A DNA stretch of 50,047 nucleotides, counting the filler, from Streblomastix strix (lineage: Eukaryota), in the NCBI GenBank assembly GCA_008636045.1. It is 2 parts of 2 records of this genome, joined end to end, with 100 filler letters (N's around TTAATTAATTAA, not from the genome) between each part and the next. Parts side by side here need not be neighbours in the genome. Positions count along the whole stretch, not along the records: positions 1 to 24,980 come from SNRW01000217.1; positions 25,081 to 50,047 come from SNRW01000218.1. One strand, 5' to 3'. The notes beneath the pieces were generated by a model. That model had not been told where the DNA came from and did no database searches. It was given only the letters and a program-made list of their open reading frames with translations. The position numbers were made by a program, and so were the translations under genes. Positions 24,894 to 42,440 of the stretch are shown here, piece by piece (the first letter of the stretch is position 1; each line of letters opens with the position of its first letter).

Positions 24894-24980
24894 TTTAAAT
24901 AAATAAAAATAAATTATATTATCGAATGGTTATAAGCTTTTTATTATTTTTATTTTAAACTAAATGGGATTCTTTAGTAA

Positions 24981-25080
24981 NNNNNNNNNNNNNNNNNNNN
25001 NNNNNNNNNNNNNNNNNNNNNNNNTTAATTAATTAANNNNNNNNNNNNNNNNNNNNNNNNNNNNNNNNNNNNNNNNNNNN
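24981..25080. other. Assembly gap containing an artificial TTAATTAATTAA linker
   Basis: A 100-nt block of Ns has TTAATTAATTAA at 25025-25036, a palindrome giving TAA in all six frames. This is a typical contig-concatenation spacer. Confidence 0.9.
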
Positions 25081-28132
<3,052 letters not shown>

Positions 28133-29005
28133 CTATATTAACTGAATATAAATAATTGAAAATACAAATAAATACAAATACATAGCTTGATTGAGAGAAA
28201 TATGTAGTTTTGTCAAAAAAATTTCATTTCCTGTAATTTTGGGTGTTTAATATGAATAAACTTAAAGATATTATTGTATTGTGCTAAAAACGTAATAAGT
28301 AAATTATTAAAATATTAAGCATAAAGTAATATTTGACTTTAAGCTTATAAATCAAGATTTATTGAATTCGAAATCTTATTTAATTAATACTTGAATAGAT
28401 AAAATGAAATACAATCATTTTTATTAATGATGTTTATTAGGCATTGTATTAATACTAATTATTTATTCCCTCGTTTCAGCAGTGGTTACGAAAAAGAATA
28501 TTTCCTCTTTATTATCAAGTACAGATTAAAATTCAATAACATTAAGAATAACATGATATAAAGTAAGAAACTGAAGAATAAAAGAATAGGAATGAAAGAT
28601 TCAAGATCAGATTTTGTGATGTGTTAGAATATTTTAAAATAAATAAACATAAATACTTAATGTGAAAAAAACAATACTATTAATTTTATAAAAAAATTGT
28701 TAATTATATTCGAATGATTAAAAGAGTAAATATATAAGAAATATAATTTCAAAAAAATGTTAATATAAAAGAATATTTTAGAATAGTCTTTCATCATGTA
28801 AAAGAAAAAGATTAATTGATAATTAGAAGATCTAATAGAGTTGACCTTCTTATTGTTATTAATGAGAGATATTCTAAAACTTAGTATTTTATTAATTACA
28901 TTATTTTTTATCTTTCATTTTTATATATTCACATTTTTTTGAATTGCATCAATAAGTATTAATTTTTCATTCCTTTATTTAATTATATATTATTTGAGTA
29001 ATATA

Positions 29006-32000
29006 TCAAAACGGAGAATATCTGTGAAGTAATAGAAGTGATTGAAGTTGCATTATATCAAAGATCTTCAATCTATTTTTCAATTTATCTGCTTCACTTT
29101 TTGTAATTGATTATGGTTATTCAGGAATTAGAGAAGGAGAATTGTTTTATTCTTTTTCATCTGTTTTATTTTTCTAATTATTTTTATCCTTGTCTTTATC
29201 AACGTCTTTAACTTTCTTTTTCTTTAATTGCGATTTATCTTAATCTAAATTCTTTGATGCATTCAATAATTCACTTTAAATATTGGATGTTAATGCATCT
29301 TATTCTTATTCTTTCTTTTCTTTTTCTCTTTCTCTTTCAAGTTCTTTTTCAGCTTATATTGCTTTTTCCAATTATCCATGTTATGGTTATGGAGTACTAA
29401 TTGATGTTTAATACAAATTTGGAGACTGTGGTTACATATTTGAACTGTATTGAGCACTATTAACATTCTTATTGAATCCTGGAGTAATTGGTTAAGGAGA
29501 TGATAACGATGCTGGTGAATCACTAAATGGACCTTTAGAATGGAGATCTTTGAGGATATGATAATTTGGATTATCTTTCAATTTTGGTGATTGTTTCATT
29601 GATCCTTTGTTACTATTAGTTGATTAATAGCTTCTTACATCGCTATCAGCGCTTGACAGATTTGAACGTGGCAGTTCAATTCTCTTTGGTTAATCCTCAC
29701 TCAAATTCTCTTTACGACTGTATGTCCACTGGGGTGTGTATGATGATACTTTCTATTATATAGCAGACAATTACCCAATTTGTTTCTCTTTGTTGTCTTT
29801 ACCGTCTGTTTGATCAGAAGAATGAGATCTATGATGCTTAATGATAGATTCACTTTTCATTCCTTCTTTTTCAGTCTTTTCCTCTTTATTATCTTTTGAT
29901 CCAATTTTATTCAATTTGTTATCAATACGCTTTCTTTCATCTTACTCATTCAATGGATAGATCTGTTTAACATGAGTAATAATAGGAATTTAATTAACAT
30001 GCTATTAAGATGATGTTATTGATGACGTGTGTGAGTGTTATGAATTCTATAAACTAGATTTTACTGATGATTTTCGTGTTTAAATTTGTTCGTTCAAAGT
30101 ATCCTTCAACCTTGATCCGATAACTTTGATATATTCACTTCCATTAGATTTCAGAATATTTATAAGTGATTAGTTATTATTTATACATGCAAATCCAATC
30201 TCTGATAAATCATCCATAAGTCCTCTTTAAAAAAGTATACTAATTCCAACAACATTCTTATATTGGTATACCTCCAATTATTATTTTTTATATGGTGTAC
30301 TCACTGATGAACTTTGTCCTTATTAAGGTAATTTACTAGAGTCTAAACTTTGTGAAAGAGACTTTTATTCATTTTTCTTATTTTACAAATCAGATTATGG
30401 TTCAAAATTTGAATTCTATCCAATTATAATAGTTTCCTATTACTAAACAACTTTAACTCCTCTTAATCCAAGATCTGCGCTGATATCATTCAAATAGGCC
30501 CATGCATTCTCCTGAAGTTCAATCTTATGAGAAATTCCACAATATTAATTGTCTTCACTTCTTTAGCTGCTATTTTCACGAGTTAAGTATTTCCTTGAAT
30601 TATTAAACTATATAAAAGATTGCACAAATGGCAGGATAGATTAGAATTGCATATGAATGTAAGGAAGCAAAAGGCCTTCAATTGGTTATTAGTCAATAAG
30701 GATGCTATCTTTTTATTATTATTAAAACTATGATAATTGTGGATAAGAAGCTTTTGATGTTTAAGGTGACTGACTCTTTGATAATAATGGTGATCTAGAG
30801 AATTGATTAATAGATTAAATATGTTATGCATGTTATAATAAGTGGGTTTTGTTGAAATGACGCATCAAATGACGCAAAATATCTTTTGACTTCACAAGAC
30901 GTGTTCCATTCTTAAGTTATTAATCAATTCTTAAATCTTCTTCATCATCATCTGAACTATTCATTAATTTATCAATATTTATATCACTGTCATCAGATTC
31001 ATCATCGCTTATTTATTTATTATTCCTATATTTAGAATTTTTGTTTTTCTTTTTAGATTTTGATTTATTCTTCTTATCTTTATTTTTATTCAATTTCTTT
31101 GATTTGATGTCTTCTTTGTCTTTTTTCTATTTATCATTTAATTTTTCATCATCGCTTGCTTTTATTTTCGTTCTCTTTTCTGTTCCAATTTTATTCTTTA
31201 ATTCTTTTTACTATTTTTTTGTCAGTTTTTCATTTGTTTTATTTTATTTCTTCTTCTTTTTATCAGTTTATTTTGTGCTTGATGTTTCATTTTCATTTTC
31301 TTTTGATTTCCTTTTCAGTTTGTTTGTTTTATTACTTTATGTTTCATCATTTCTTTCTTTCTTATCACTTTTTCCTGATTCTTGATTAGTTTTTCTTGTA
31401 TTTGATTTACTTTTCGATTTTTTGTCTTATTTTGATTTATTTGATGAAGTTGTATCATCTTTATTTTAACTTACACTGGTTTTTGTTTCTTTTGTATTAA
31501 TTTCTTCATCATAATCTTCTTCACTACTGCTATTACTTTCATCTTCATCATCACTACTACTACTTTCAGAATCAGAATCTGAATCAGAATCATCTTCACC
31601 ATCTTAATTCTTCTTCTTCTTTTTCTTCTTTTATTTATCTTTCTCATTCCTGCTATTCTATGTATCATCCATACTATCATTCACTCTCTGCTAATTAATG
31701 TTCTTCCCAGCATTTATCTCCGTATTCCCACCAGGTCCACTATACATCTGCATTCTAAGACCCAACCCTTGACTGAACTATGTCATATATTCATCATCTT
31801 CATCATCTTCCCTATCATCAAACACTCCAAAAGTAGCCATAGCTTCTTTCTTATTCCCCAGTGCTGATACCTGGAGTTGCACTTATGGTTCAATGTCTCC
31901 AGATATATTAGTGGGTTGTGGAGTGTCTGATGTATCTGACATATCTGAATCACCCTATCTCTCATCTGAATCTGCTGATGGACTGTCTGATTTTGGTAAT

Positions 32001-34315
32001 GGAGATTTAGATTGCTTTGCTGTAGTATCATCTGTAATAGATGGTTATATTTGCTTTGTTTATTGTTGTTGCTATTTATCATCTTTGGTAGTATCTTATT
32101 ATTATGGTTGTTTGATATCTTCTTATTTAGTGTCATGCTTATTTTCAGGATTTGTACTTGTTGAAGTGTTAGTTGTTGCATTCAAATCCTGCTTCTATGC
32201 ATCTGTTGATTCAAAAATAAGCTTCTATGGAGGTTCGTTTTCCTTATTTATCTCCTTTTATTTATCCTTCTTACTCTCATCTTTATCAGATTATTTTGAT
32301 TTATCATTCTTCTTATTCTTTTCTGGTATTTTAAGCTCTTCAATTAACTTCCTTCTTTCTTTATCTTTCTGATTCTCTTTATCATTTGATTTCTTCTGGA
32401 CTGCATCAACACTATTATGTCTCTTATGCTTAGATTTATGCTTCTAATCTTCAGAAACATCCACACTTCCAAGTCTTTTCTTTTTGTCCTTATCTTTATA
32501 TGTTTCATTCTCTCTTCTGATAAATGAGCTCTTGTTATCCCTTTCAATTGATCTTTCTCTTCCTCTACTTCCAGAAGACTTCAAATTGGCTCTAATATCA
32601 TCATATCTCATATCTCGATGTCTAATCTATACATCATTCAATGAAGTGGAAAGGAATTGTTTCTATTTTTCTTTCTTATCTGGTTTCTTTGATTTCTTCT
32701 TTTCCTTATTTTCAATTTCTTTTTCTTTTTCTTTTTCTTTTAATTTTCTTTCTTCTTCTTCTTTCTTATCATTCTTTTTCTGATTTGATTTTGATTCATT
32801 TTTCTTCTTCTTTTCATCATTTTTAACTTTTTTCCTATTATTTTAATTTTTATAATTTTTCTTCAGTTGATTTATAAACTTCAAAACTTTTGGCTGATTT
32901 AATATTAACTCTTCTTAATCCTCCTAATTTTATAATGAATATACAAATTAGCAGATTGTGCAATTGCATTTCATATTCTGCTGATTTTCATTCATTTTAT
33001 TCTTCTATTTACTATCTAAGCTTTCATTATTCTTTTAAATATCTTCAGCAAATTACCTGAATGAATTTTGCATCGGTTTAATTCCATCACCATTTCCAGT
33101 AATTCTAATCATATTCGATCCAACTATTGCATCTCCACAATAGAATGGACATATCGGCTTATGTACTGTACTATCTCTCAACTGATCTTAATTCAATACA
33201 CTCACATCTCCTATTAATTCACATGCATTACTCAACCAATATAACATTGATAAGATTGCAACATGGATGCGCATTGGATAATTAATGAGGAGATGCTGCC
33301 GAAGATTGGCAAAGAAGAGAGGATTAGTGGCAAACGCAATTGCAGTTTGCACAACTATCTGTTTTTGATATGGTTAAATCAGCGTATGAGAATCTTTGTT
33401 GCCATTCTCATTAGAAAACTGTAGTGGATTTACAAGGCGAGAGATTTATTGAATTGCGAAATAAGCCTCTGATGCATTCTAGGTCTGTTAATAATAAAAT
33501 AATATATAACAAAACATAAAAATGGTGAATTATATACTGCAAGGAGATTTATAAGGATAGGCACAAGAACTGTGGTAAGTTTTTTTTGTTGTATTGAATC
33601 TCGTGCTAGGGATGCAAGTTCCAGCGACCCAAGTTCCTAATGAAATTGTCAATAAAATATAAATGTTAAAAATAGTAAAAAATAAAAAAGTATACATCAA
33701 TGGATTGGCCACGAAGGGTTGGAGGTAATGAAATTTGTTCGAATATGCTTTCTAGCTGATCAATAAAGGTTTACAAAGTAGTATTCTTTTTGATTTTACG
33801 TATTTTCATTTTGTTGTTTGATTCATCAGACTCTTTCTTCTTATCCTGCATGCGATGAAGAATAAAGTCTGGCAAAATCTATAAAATTAAATAAACAGTT
33901 ATGAGCTCAACAATTAAATTACATAATATGAAGAAACGATGATGAATATATAATATTTGCAAAAATATTTATAAGAATTATTAGTACTATAACAGGCTTC
34001 AATATTATGGATAAATTATAAAAAGATATTCCGATGGCTGTCCTGCTTGTTATTGAGAATAAAAATTGTTTTACAGTTATTAATTAACATAAAACCAAAT
34101 TTATATAAAAATTGAAATATTAATAGTGAATAACATTTGTGACGTCGAAGTGAAATTAGCTTTTTTTTCTTGTTCTTGGCGCACACAAACTATAAATTTA
34201 TTGGGTTCGTAATTTATACAAGAGAAACATTTACATATATCGATATAAATAATAATATACAGAGCAATTGCCCGTGGCTCAGGCGCGCGGCAGTTTTCTG
34301 CAACGCTAAACCCAT
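29006..34315 (-). CDS. Large hypothetical protein: structured multi-exon N-terminus, long Lys/Glu/Asp/Gln-rich region
   Basis: Starts MGLALQKTAARLSHGQLL/ with several short exons, then a long TAR=Gln open frame from ~33480 ending ..IFDIMQLQSLLLLHRYSPF* at TGA 29006. No family was recognised. Confidence 0.6.
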
Positions 34316-34435
34316 TTTTTTCTCATTTTTGAATTTTTGAAAGAAAAGTTTAATTATTGAAATAATAATAATTATAAATTGATGTATTATATTACTGTTA
34401 ATTATTAGTAAATGAATCAAAATATCAATAAAATT

Positions 34436-37400
34436 TCAAAACAGTGCTTCTTATTCTGCCATCCGCAAAGCTTCATCCAGCTTTGATAGGAATATTGGTT
34501 TATGCTATTCATCAGGAGTGATTGTATACATGTAATGAGTTGGAAGAATAAGTGAATTATTTCCATTTGAACTCTATTGAGAGTATGAGTTTTAAGATTG
34601 AATTGATTATTGAGGTGAAGTAAATGAAGAATATGAATCATAACTGGATGAAAGAGGTGAAGTAACTACTGATTATGGAAAAGATGAAGATAGTTATAGT
34701 GAATTTTAGTCTTTTGAATTATTTAAAGGTGATTTGTTTGTATTCGTTTTATTTTATTTTATTATTTCATATTCATAAGGTATATCTTACTTATATTTAA
34801 CAGTTACTGGAGATTATTTTTGAATTTGATTATGATTTGGTATTGGAGGAACAGGAGGAAAAGGTGGATATGATTATTTATTGGTTGTGTTTGTATGAAT
34901 ATTGTTGCTTGAGGATGAATTGTTATTGTTTGTTATTTAATTATCTTTGATGTTTGAAGTTTAATTATTAGATTAATAATAATGAGTTGAATCTTACTTT
35001 TAATCATCCATTCTTACAAATACTCTATTAACAAGACTTTCATCTATTTATGGATAATCTTATAATTTTCTTTTATTATTTTGTCTTGATGTACTATTTG
35101 ATCTGCTTGTATTGGATTCTCTATTTGCATTTCTAGAATCATTATCATCTTAAAATTTATTATCTTTTTCATTATTTAATATCTTCGTTGTATCATTTTT
35201 CATATAATCTCTGAATTTTGATTGTATATGAGCATATTTATTATTCTTTTTACCGGGATTACTAATTGTTGTTGCATTTAATTATGAATTATAATCATTG
35301 TTATTATCATTATTTGATGAATTTTCTTTTCCTTTTTATTTATTTATTTCTTCTTTTTATTATTGGGTCTATTATTTATTCATTTTAGTATTTTCTGATT
35401 TTTATTCCATGCTTGTCTAAGGTTATTATCTTTTTATTTATTATTAAGATTATTCTTTTTAATTCATATTTTAATTTATATTTGTCTTTTTGTATGGAGA
35501 AGATTTGCTATTTCTTTATTCATATTCATAGTTACTTAAATTTTCATTATCACTATCATCAAATTTATTTCTATTTTTATTTATTTTAATCTTTTCTTTT
35601 TATTTTTCATTTACTTCTTTTTAATATTTATCTGATTATGATTTAATTTAATCCTAACTTTATCTTTTTGATGGTGTTATACTATTATTATTCTTTCTTT
35701 CTTTTTAACTAATATCAATTGATGATTTATTATCTAATTATTATTATTATTATTATCTACTTGTTGATGATGATCTTGTAGAAAGAGAGGTACGTTTGTT
35801 TATAAAATTAAATTATATGTTTCTTGAATCATCTGATTCAGGATCAAATTATTCAGATTATTCATCTTCATCATCATCTTTAAAATATTTATTATTTTTG
35901 TTTTATTACTTATTATAACTGTTTCCTATTTTTTTACTTCCCATACTTGATCTGATACTTTATGATCTTTCAATTGAATCAACATACTAATCATTATCTT
36001 TATTCTTATTCTTGTTTCTATATTCAATTTCTCTTTCATTATCAATTCTTCCTTTACTCTTTGATCTGCTTGTTAATACACTCTTTTCTTTAATTGGATC
36101 TTTATTTGCATCATTATTATTCATTTTTTTATCTTTTATTCCATCTTTATTATCTTTTTCATTCATTTTACCTTTTATTTAACTATTTCTATTTGTATTG
36201 ACTTTATAATCTTCATTATCCAACTACTTAATAATCTTCTATAATTCATTATTCCCATTAATAATCTGTTCTAATTCTCTCTTATATTCATCTAAATTAC
36301 TATTTGAACTCTTCCTCATCTAATTATTGACTTTAATATTGATATTATTATTCTTTTATTTATTGTATTAATTATCAATAAATTCATCTTCGTCTTCATA
36401 ATCTTATTTTTGTTTACTGTTTCTGCTTTATTTCATTTCTCTTTATTTTAATCTTCTTATTTGATTCAATCTTATTTTCTCATTCAATTGATCATCATCA
36501 TCTTCAGATTCTTAATCGTCTTTATCTTTATCTTCATCTTCATCTTCCAACATTTCTTATTTCTACTTTTAATTTAATTATTCTTTTCTCTTGTTTTTAA
36601 TTTTCTCAACATATTTCTTCTTTAATTCAGGATTCATTTTCTAAGAGAATATGGATGAATGAGATAAAGATTATGAATTCTATGATTGATTGGATGAAAG
36701 TGAATGCACAGAAGGAGAAGATTATTATATTTATTATTATTACTATTTATATGACAATCGAGGAGTTTTACTTTATCTGAATTTTTCTTTCTCTTTTTTT
36801 AATTCATTTTCTCTTTCCTTTTCCAATTATCTGACCAATTCTCTTTATTTCTCAATTTCTTTCTATTTATCCAAAATAATCTATTTTTCTCTTTCTTTTT
36901 CTCTTTCTCATTCTTTTTGCTTCTCTTTTTATCTTTCAATCATCTTTTCTCTTTCTTATTCTATTAATCTTTTTCTGTCTTATTCTAATTATTTGTATTT
37001 ATTAGTCTCTTAATATTAACTATTCTTATTATTTACACTCATTATATCACTATTTTGATCTTCTTCATCTTCCTTATATTCATTATTATTCTAATATTTA
37101 TTACTATCTTTCTCTTTATCCATATTTATATTTACATCTTATTTAGTCTTCTTCTTAAATACAATATCCACACTCATATTCAAATCATATTTCACTCGAT
37201 CTCTTTCTTTATCAAGATCTTCTTAATCTCTTATTAATTATTCTTTCTCTAATTCTTATTCAATTAAATGAGCCATTTCTTTCTCAGTTTCCCAGGAATC
37301 TCTTTATTAGATTTATTGTGGATGTGTTGGAGATGATTATATATTTTATTATTATATGTTCATATTCATATTATTTTGTATTTTATTTACGTTTGTATAG

Positions 37401-39457
37401 TTTTATTTATGCATGAAGTTAATCTATTCATTATCAATATATTTGTTATTTCTATTATTAATATTATATTTTATATCTTTGTTATCATAACCACTATATT
37501 ATTACTATTATTATTTATTTTCTTATATTTTCTTCCTTTCTTTCATTCTCTATTCAATATCATCTTCATTCTACATATAAAACTTGATTTGCTATTATTA
37601 CTAATTAAATTACTATTACTAATCTCTTTCCAAGTCTGAATCATAGTCAGATACAATATCATCAACCTATTAATCTTTTATTACCTTCAAATATCTCATA
37701 AAATGTTTCTTGTTTTAATCTGTATTCATATTTGGAGGTGAAGCAGATTAATATGGAGGAGAATACTATTGTGAATAATAAGATTATTATTATTATTATT
37801 AATGATATTATTGATATTATGAATATGGCTATATTGAATGCGAATGTTTATGAATGGGTGAAGATGAAGCTATTTATGAATTATATGGAGATGGAGAGCG
37901 ATTATTGATTGAATTTGATATTGGTACTATAGAATATTATTATTATTGTTTATTAGAAGTGGGGTTTGTATTCATTCCTATGAAGTGTTGAAATGTTAAT
38001 TCTTTGTTATTATTCTATTTATTAGTACTATTTTAGCTCTAAAATATAAATTATGCATGAGGTCCCATATCTTCTTCATCTTATAATTATTCAATTTCTT
38101 TCTCTTATTCTATATGACTTGGGAATAATCTATTTTCTTAGAAATATTATCTATGATTATTCAATTCATAATTTCTTAATCTTTCTGGGTCTATTTGTTA
38201 TTATTAGGAATTATCTTAATACAAAGGATTTGACACAATTTTAGGTTAAATTATACGATTTTAAATATTTGATTGGTTTAATTATTAAAACTATTATTAT
38301 TATTGTTATTGATATAATCCATCTATATTATAACTAAAAGAAGGACTAGTTGCTCTTGTAGAATGCACAGATAATGAAGGCAGAGTATTAAGTAATGCAC
38401 TTTATCCCTAATTATCATTTATCTATTAATTAGTTAATGTAGATAATGATAATTAATTAGGAGATGGATATTGTGGTATGAGTTACTCTGAGAAGAAGGA
38501 TATCTTCTAAAGTGGAGCAAATGAAGATAAATTGAATTGATTTTATTATTAATTATTATTTTATTGTTAGATTAATTGTTAGTTTTATTGTTATTATGAT
38601 ATATTGAATTAATTATTATATAAATTGGGATTAGAACTAGATTATATTGATTGATTGGTATGTGTGTTATCCAGAGTGTGATTAAGTGAATTGAATTAAT
38701 TTTATTGATATGAATTAAAAGTAGATGTTTATTATTATAATTAATATGGTGAAGGGAAAAGAGTAGAAATATAATTTGGTTCTTGAATGATGTTATTTAA
38801 TTGATTTATACTATGATGTGATGTATGGTTAGTATTTGGTTATTATATTTAAGGAATTTTTGAATTAAAACTCTTTCTATCAATAATATTCATTTCAACA
38901 TCCTGCATTGGTTGAATAAGACTTTGAACTGAATTATTATTGAATAATGAAGCTGTAGCTGTTTATGCAGATAATGAATATGATTGTTATGTATATGGAT
39001 TAGAATATCCATTATTACACTATGCTTAGAAGTTATCAACAGAGCAATTAGGTGTTATTATATATGCTTATGGAGGATCAGGTAATGATGTTTCTTATGA
39101 AGGTACATCCTGGTTAGTCAGAACTAAATATTCATCTCTATCTTTCTCTGATTGAATAAATGGGATAAAGTTTGAGTTAATTGGGTAGATAGATTGTGAT
39201 GATCCTTGTTGGTGCTGGAGAAGAGCTAGATGTTCTAAGTGTTGAATCTGCAATTTTTCAAGTTGATCTTATAGAACACTTTCTTGGTTGTGAGATTCTT
39301 ATTTTTATACTTTTTACTCTTATACATCTTTTTTTATTGGATTTTCTTAAGTTGTGTTGGTTTTTATTGGAGTTATACAATATTTTTAGATGAGTTCCTA
39401 AATTTTCATTTCTCTTTACAAAGCCTCGTTCAATGATAATGGTGTTTATTCACTCAT
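34436..39457 (-). CDS. Apparently intronless ~1673-aa Gln/Ser/Glu-rich low-complexity, coiled-coil protein
   Basis: MSEQTPLSLNEALQREMKIQELIQKYC.. to ..FLSKLDEALRMAEQEALF*. Start and stop are in the same frame (5022 nt). Interior continuity was spot-checked only. Confidence 0.65.
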
Positions 39458-40165
39458 TGGTTACAACTTTAATTCAAAAAAGAAAAAATAATAATATTCA
39501 CCCAATAAAATTCGAAAACTAGTAATAAAAAAAATGAAAAATGCATATTTAATGAAAAATTGTTGATATTTATAAAAATTAACAAAGTAGTAGAGTATAA
39601 AATGCTTGCGAACTTTATGAAATTGCTGAACGCTGTATTGGCATGAGTAATATTATTTATTCGTATTTAAATGAGTTTTAATGACATAAATATTAGTATT
39701 ATATTATATTATACAAGATGCTTAAATTTGTAATGTGTGCATTTAGTGATAGGCATATTTGTTTTAAAACTTATTTTCTTCAGTAATTATCTATATAAAA
39801 TATATGTTATCCAGTTTATTCTCTATATAACTTCAATTTGCACTCATATTATTGTTAATAAAAGCTCAATATACAGACATTAGCAAGATCAAGTCTAGTG
39901 CGAATTACTTGATATATATGAATACATTCATATTAAAATTAACATATTTTATTCAATATGTACTATATAAACAATTTTAAACTATTATCTTAACAGTTCA
40001 ATAATAATTTATGTATTTATTCTCTATTTAAAAATTCAAATAGAAAAATTACATTTTCTCACAGTTGAATAGTGCTTATATATTTATATTCTTTTAAATA
40101 TTGCAAATATAACATTAAATTTCAATATCTATATATTTAATATTATTTAATTCCTCAGAGAAAAG

Positions 40166-42440
40166 ATGAGTCGCCTATGTGTTGCGATGGTATCTGATTT
40201 CTTTTATCCGAACATTGGTGGCGTTGAAAATCACATATTTGAGCTGTCCTAATAACTCATCAAACATGGAGTGAAGGTAATCATTATTACACATAGCTAT
40301 GGGCGAAGGAAGGGAATACGCTGGATGAATAATGGATTGAAAATTTATTATATTCCTCGACTATTATTTATTCGGCAGAGCACTTTTCCAACAGCTTTAG
40401 CTCCATTTGCATTAGTAAGAAACATATTTATCAGAGAATAAGTTAATATCTTCCACGGTCATACAGTATTTTAATAATTTTTTTTCAAAATTTACAATTT
40501 ATTTTTTTATGGATGATTTTTACAGAGCTACTCAACCCTTTGTCATGAAGTATTAAGACTGGCACATACAATGGGAATAAGATCTTGCATCACTGAACAC
40601 TCACTTACTGAAACTGAACATTCAGGGGCTAGTGCTATTGATTATGTATAATTTTAAATTTTCTCAATAATATTTATAATTAATTCTTCACGTTCTTCTA
40701 TTTATAATTACTCAGCTCACAGAATGGTCTGTTTGCCTTGTAGATCATGCAATATGTGTTTCAAAAGCTTGGTATAATATTAATTATAATTAATTAATAA
40801 ATTAATTATTTGTTTTATTCTAAACAGCAAAGCAAATTACATAAAGAGAACCAAAATTGATGAAGATAAAGTTATTGTTATTAATAATGCAGTTGATACA
40901 AACAAATTCAGTCCAAGAACAGAATAAGAGAAATAAGATATTTATTAAGAGAAATTGAAAATAGAGAATGAAACTGGAGAGAAAATTAGTTTGGACATTT
41001 GGAACATAACTTTATATTATAATTATATAAATTATTCATTTATTTCTATTTTAATTTTGTATTTCTGACATCTAATATATTTATATTATGACATAAGTCA
41101 CAATATCAATATTAAGCAGATTAACATTTAGAAAAGGAGCAGAATTGATGGTTGGTTTAATTCCAATTATATGTAATAAATACAAGAATGTTAGATTCTT
41201 TGTTGGTTTGTGGAAATAATTATTAATTAGCAAATTGTATTAATGAATTAATGAATTAATTAATTAATTAATTATTAATTAATTATTTATATTATATTAT
41301 TCTTCAGGTGGTGGAGGAGTTAAGAAGATTGATCTTGAGAATATGGTATCGGAATAGAAGTTAGAAAGTAGAGTAACTCTATTCGATAATATTCCTCATA
41401 TTCAAGCAAGAGATGTATGTTGATGTTGGTGATATTAATATAGAATTAAAATAATTTATTTTTTATTTTTATTTATTTATTTATCAGTTTCTCATTAAAG
41501 GAGATATTCTATTGAGCACATCTCTAACAGAAGCATTTGGAATTGTTCTTCTTGAAGGAGCTTCATGCGGTTAATAAATTATTTTATTATTTACATTAAT
41601 AATTTTATGTATTACAATATTTCAACTTTATGTATTATATATATTATATCTAACATTATACTTTTATAGGATTATATGTAGTTAGTACAAATGTTGATGG
41701 AGTTCCTGAAGTTCTTCCACCTCATATGGTTACTCTTGCTGATCCAAATGTGGATTGTTTGAAAATTTGTGGAAAAAAAATTATTTATATAATAAATTTA
41801 AATATTAATATTAATGTTAGTTTAAATTAAATAACTTTATTTCAAATTATTGATCAGCACTCGTTGTTGCACTTTCATCAGCTATTGATAGATTTTATAC
41901 AATTGACACTTCATCATTTCACAATGAAGTTTGATTAAATATTTTATTTATTTATTATTAAATAAATTTATTTATTATTAAATATATTTTTTTTTCATAA
42001 ATTTTTATTATTCTCACAAATTTTTATTTTTCTCATATCATATTTTTTAAGATATTATCTTTATATAGTTGGTCTTCAGTAGCTGAAAAGACAATTGCTG
42101 TATATAGAGATATGGTTTAATCTGAATTTCCTAAAACACCCTATCTATTAAAGAAGTATGAAATATAATTTTATTAGTTTAAGTGAAAGAGAAAATAAAT
42201 GATATAATTTTATATTTAACATTAATATTACTTTTATATTTATAAAGGTTTTTCAGACTTGGTTGGTTTCGTGGGATTATTTTTACTGCACATTTGTATC
42301 TTTTCCAATTAATAAGATCCATAATGAATTATGTGTATCCAAAAAGAGAGATGGATATAGCACCAAGTTTCTCATTCACTAATCGTGTTTCACGATTTGG
42401 TGAATTGTGTGAGTAAGAAGAAAGATAAGTAAATGATTGA
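40166..42440 (+). CDS. PIGA: Phosphatidylinositol N-acetylglucosaminyltransferase subunit A (GPI anchor biosynthesis)
   Basis: [105 protein letters not shown]. About 10 GT-AG introns, TGA 42438-42440. Confidence 0.95.

Larger units (their letters stand above)
20232..24980. mobile_element. Partial endogenous Polinton/Maverick-like virus (structural module), truncated by the contig end
   Basis: Five to six tightly packed, intronless ORFs on both strands with spacers under ~80 nt, unlike the intron-rich host genes. Includes a large beta-rich capsid candidate and a fibre-like protein, and abuts AGTAGT TIRs. No polymerase, integrase or ATPase is visible in the window. Confidence 0.7.

Noticed and set aside
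24964..24980. ATG GGA TTC TTT AGT AA as a further viral gene
   Set aside because: Only five codons precede the gap. It is a plausible divergent start but cannot be annotated.
31041..37639. Many plus-strand Phe/Leu/Ile-rich ORFs in the supplied track that look like membrane proteins
   Set aside because: They are antisense shadows of Lys/Glu/Gln-rich minus-strand genes.
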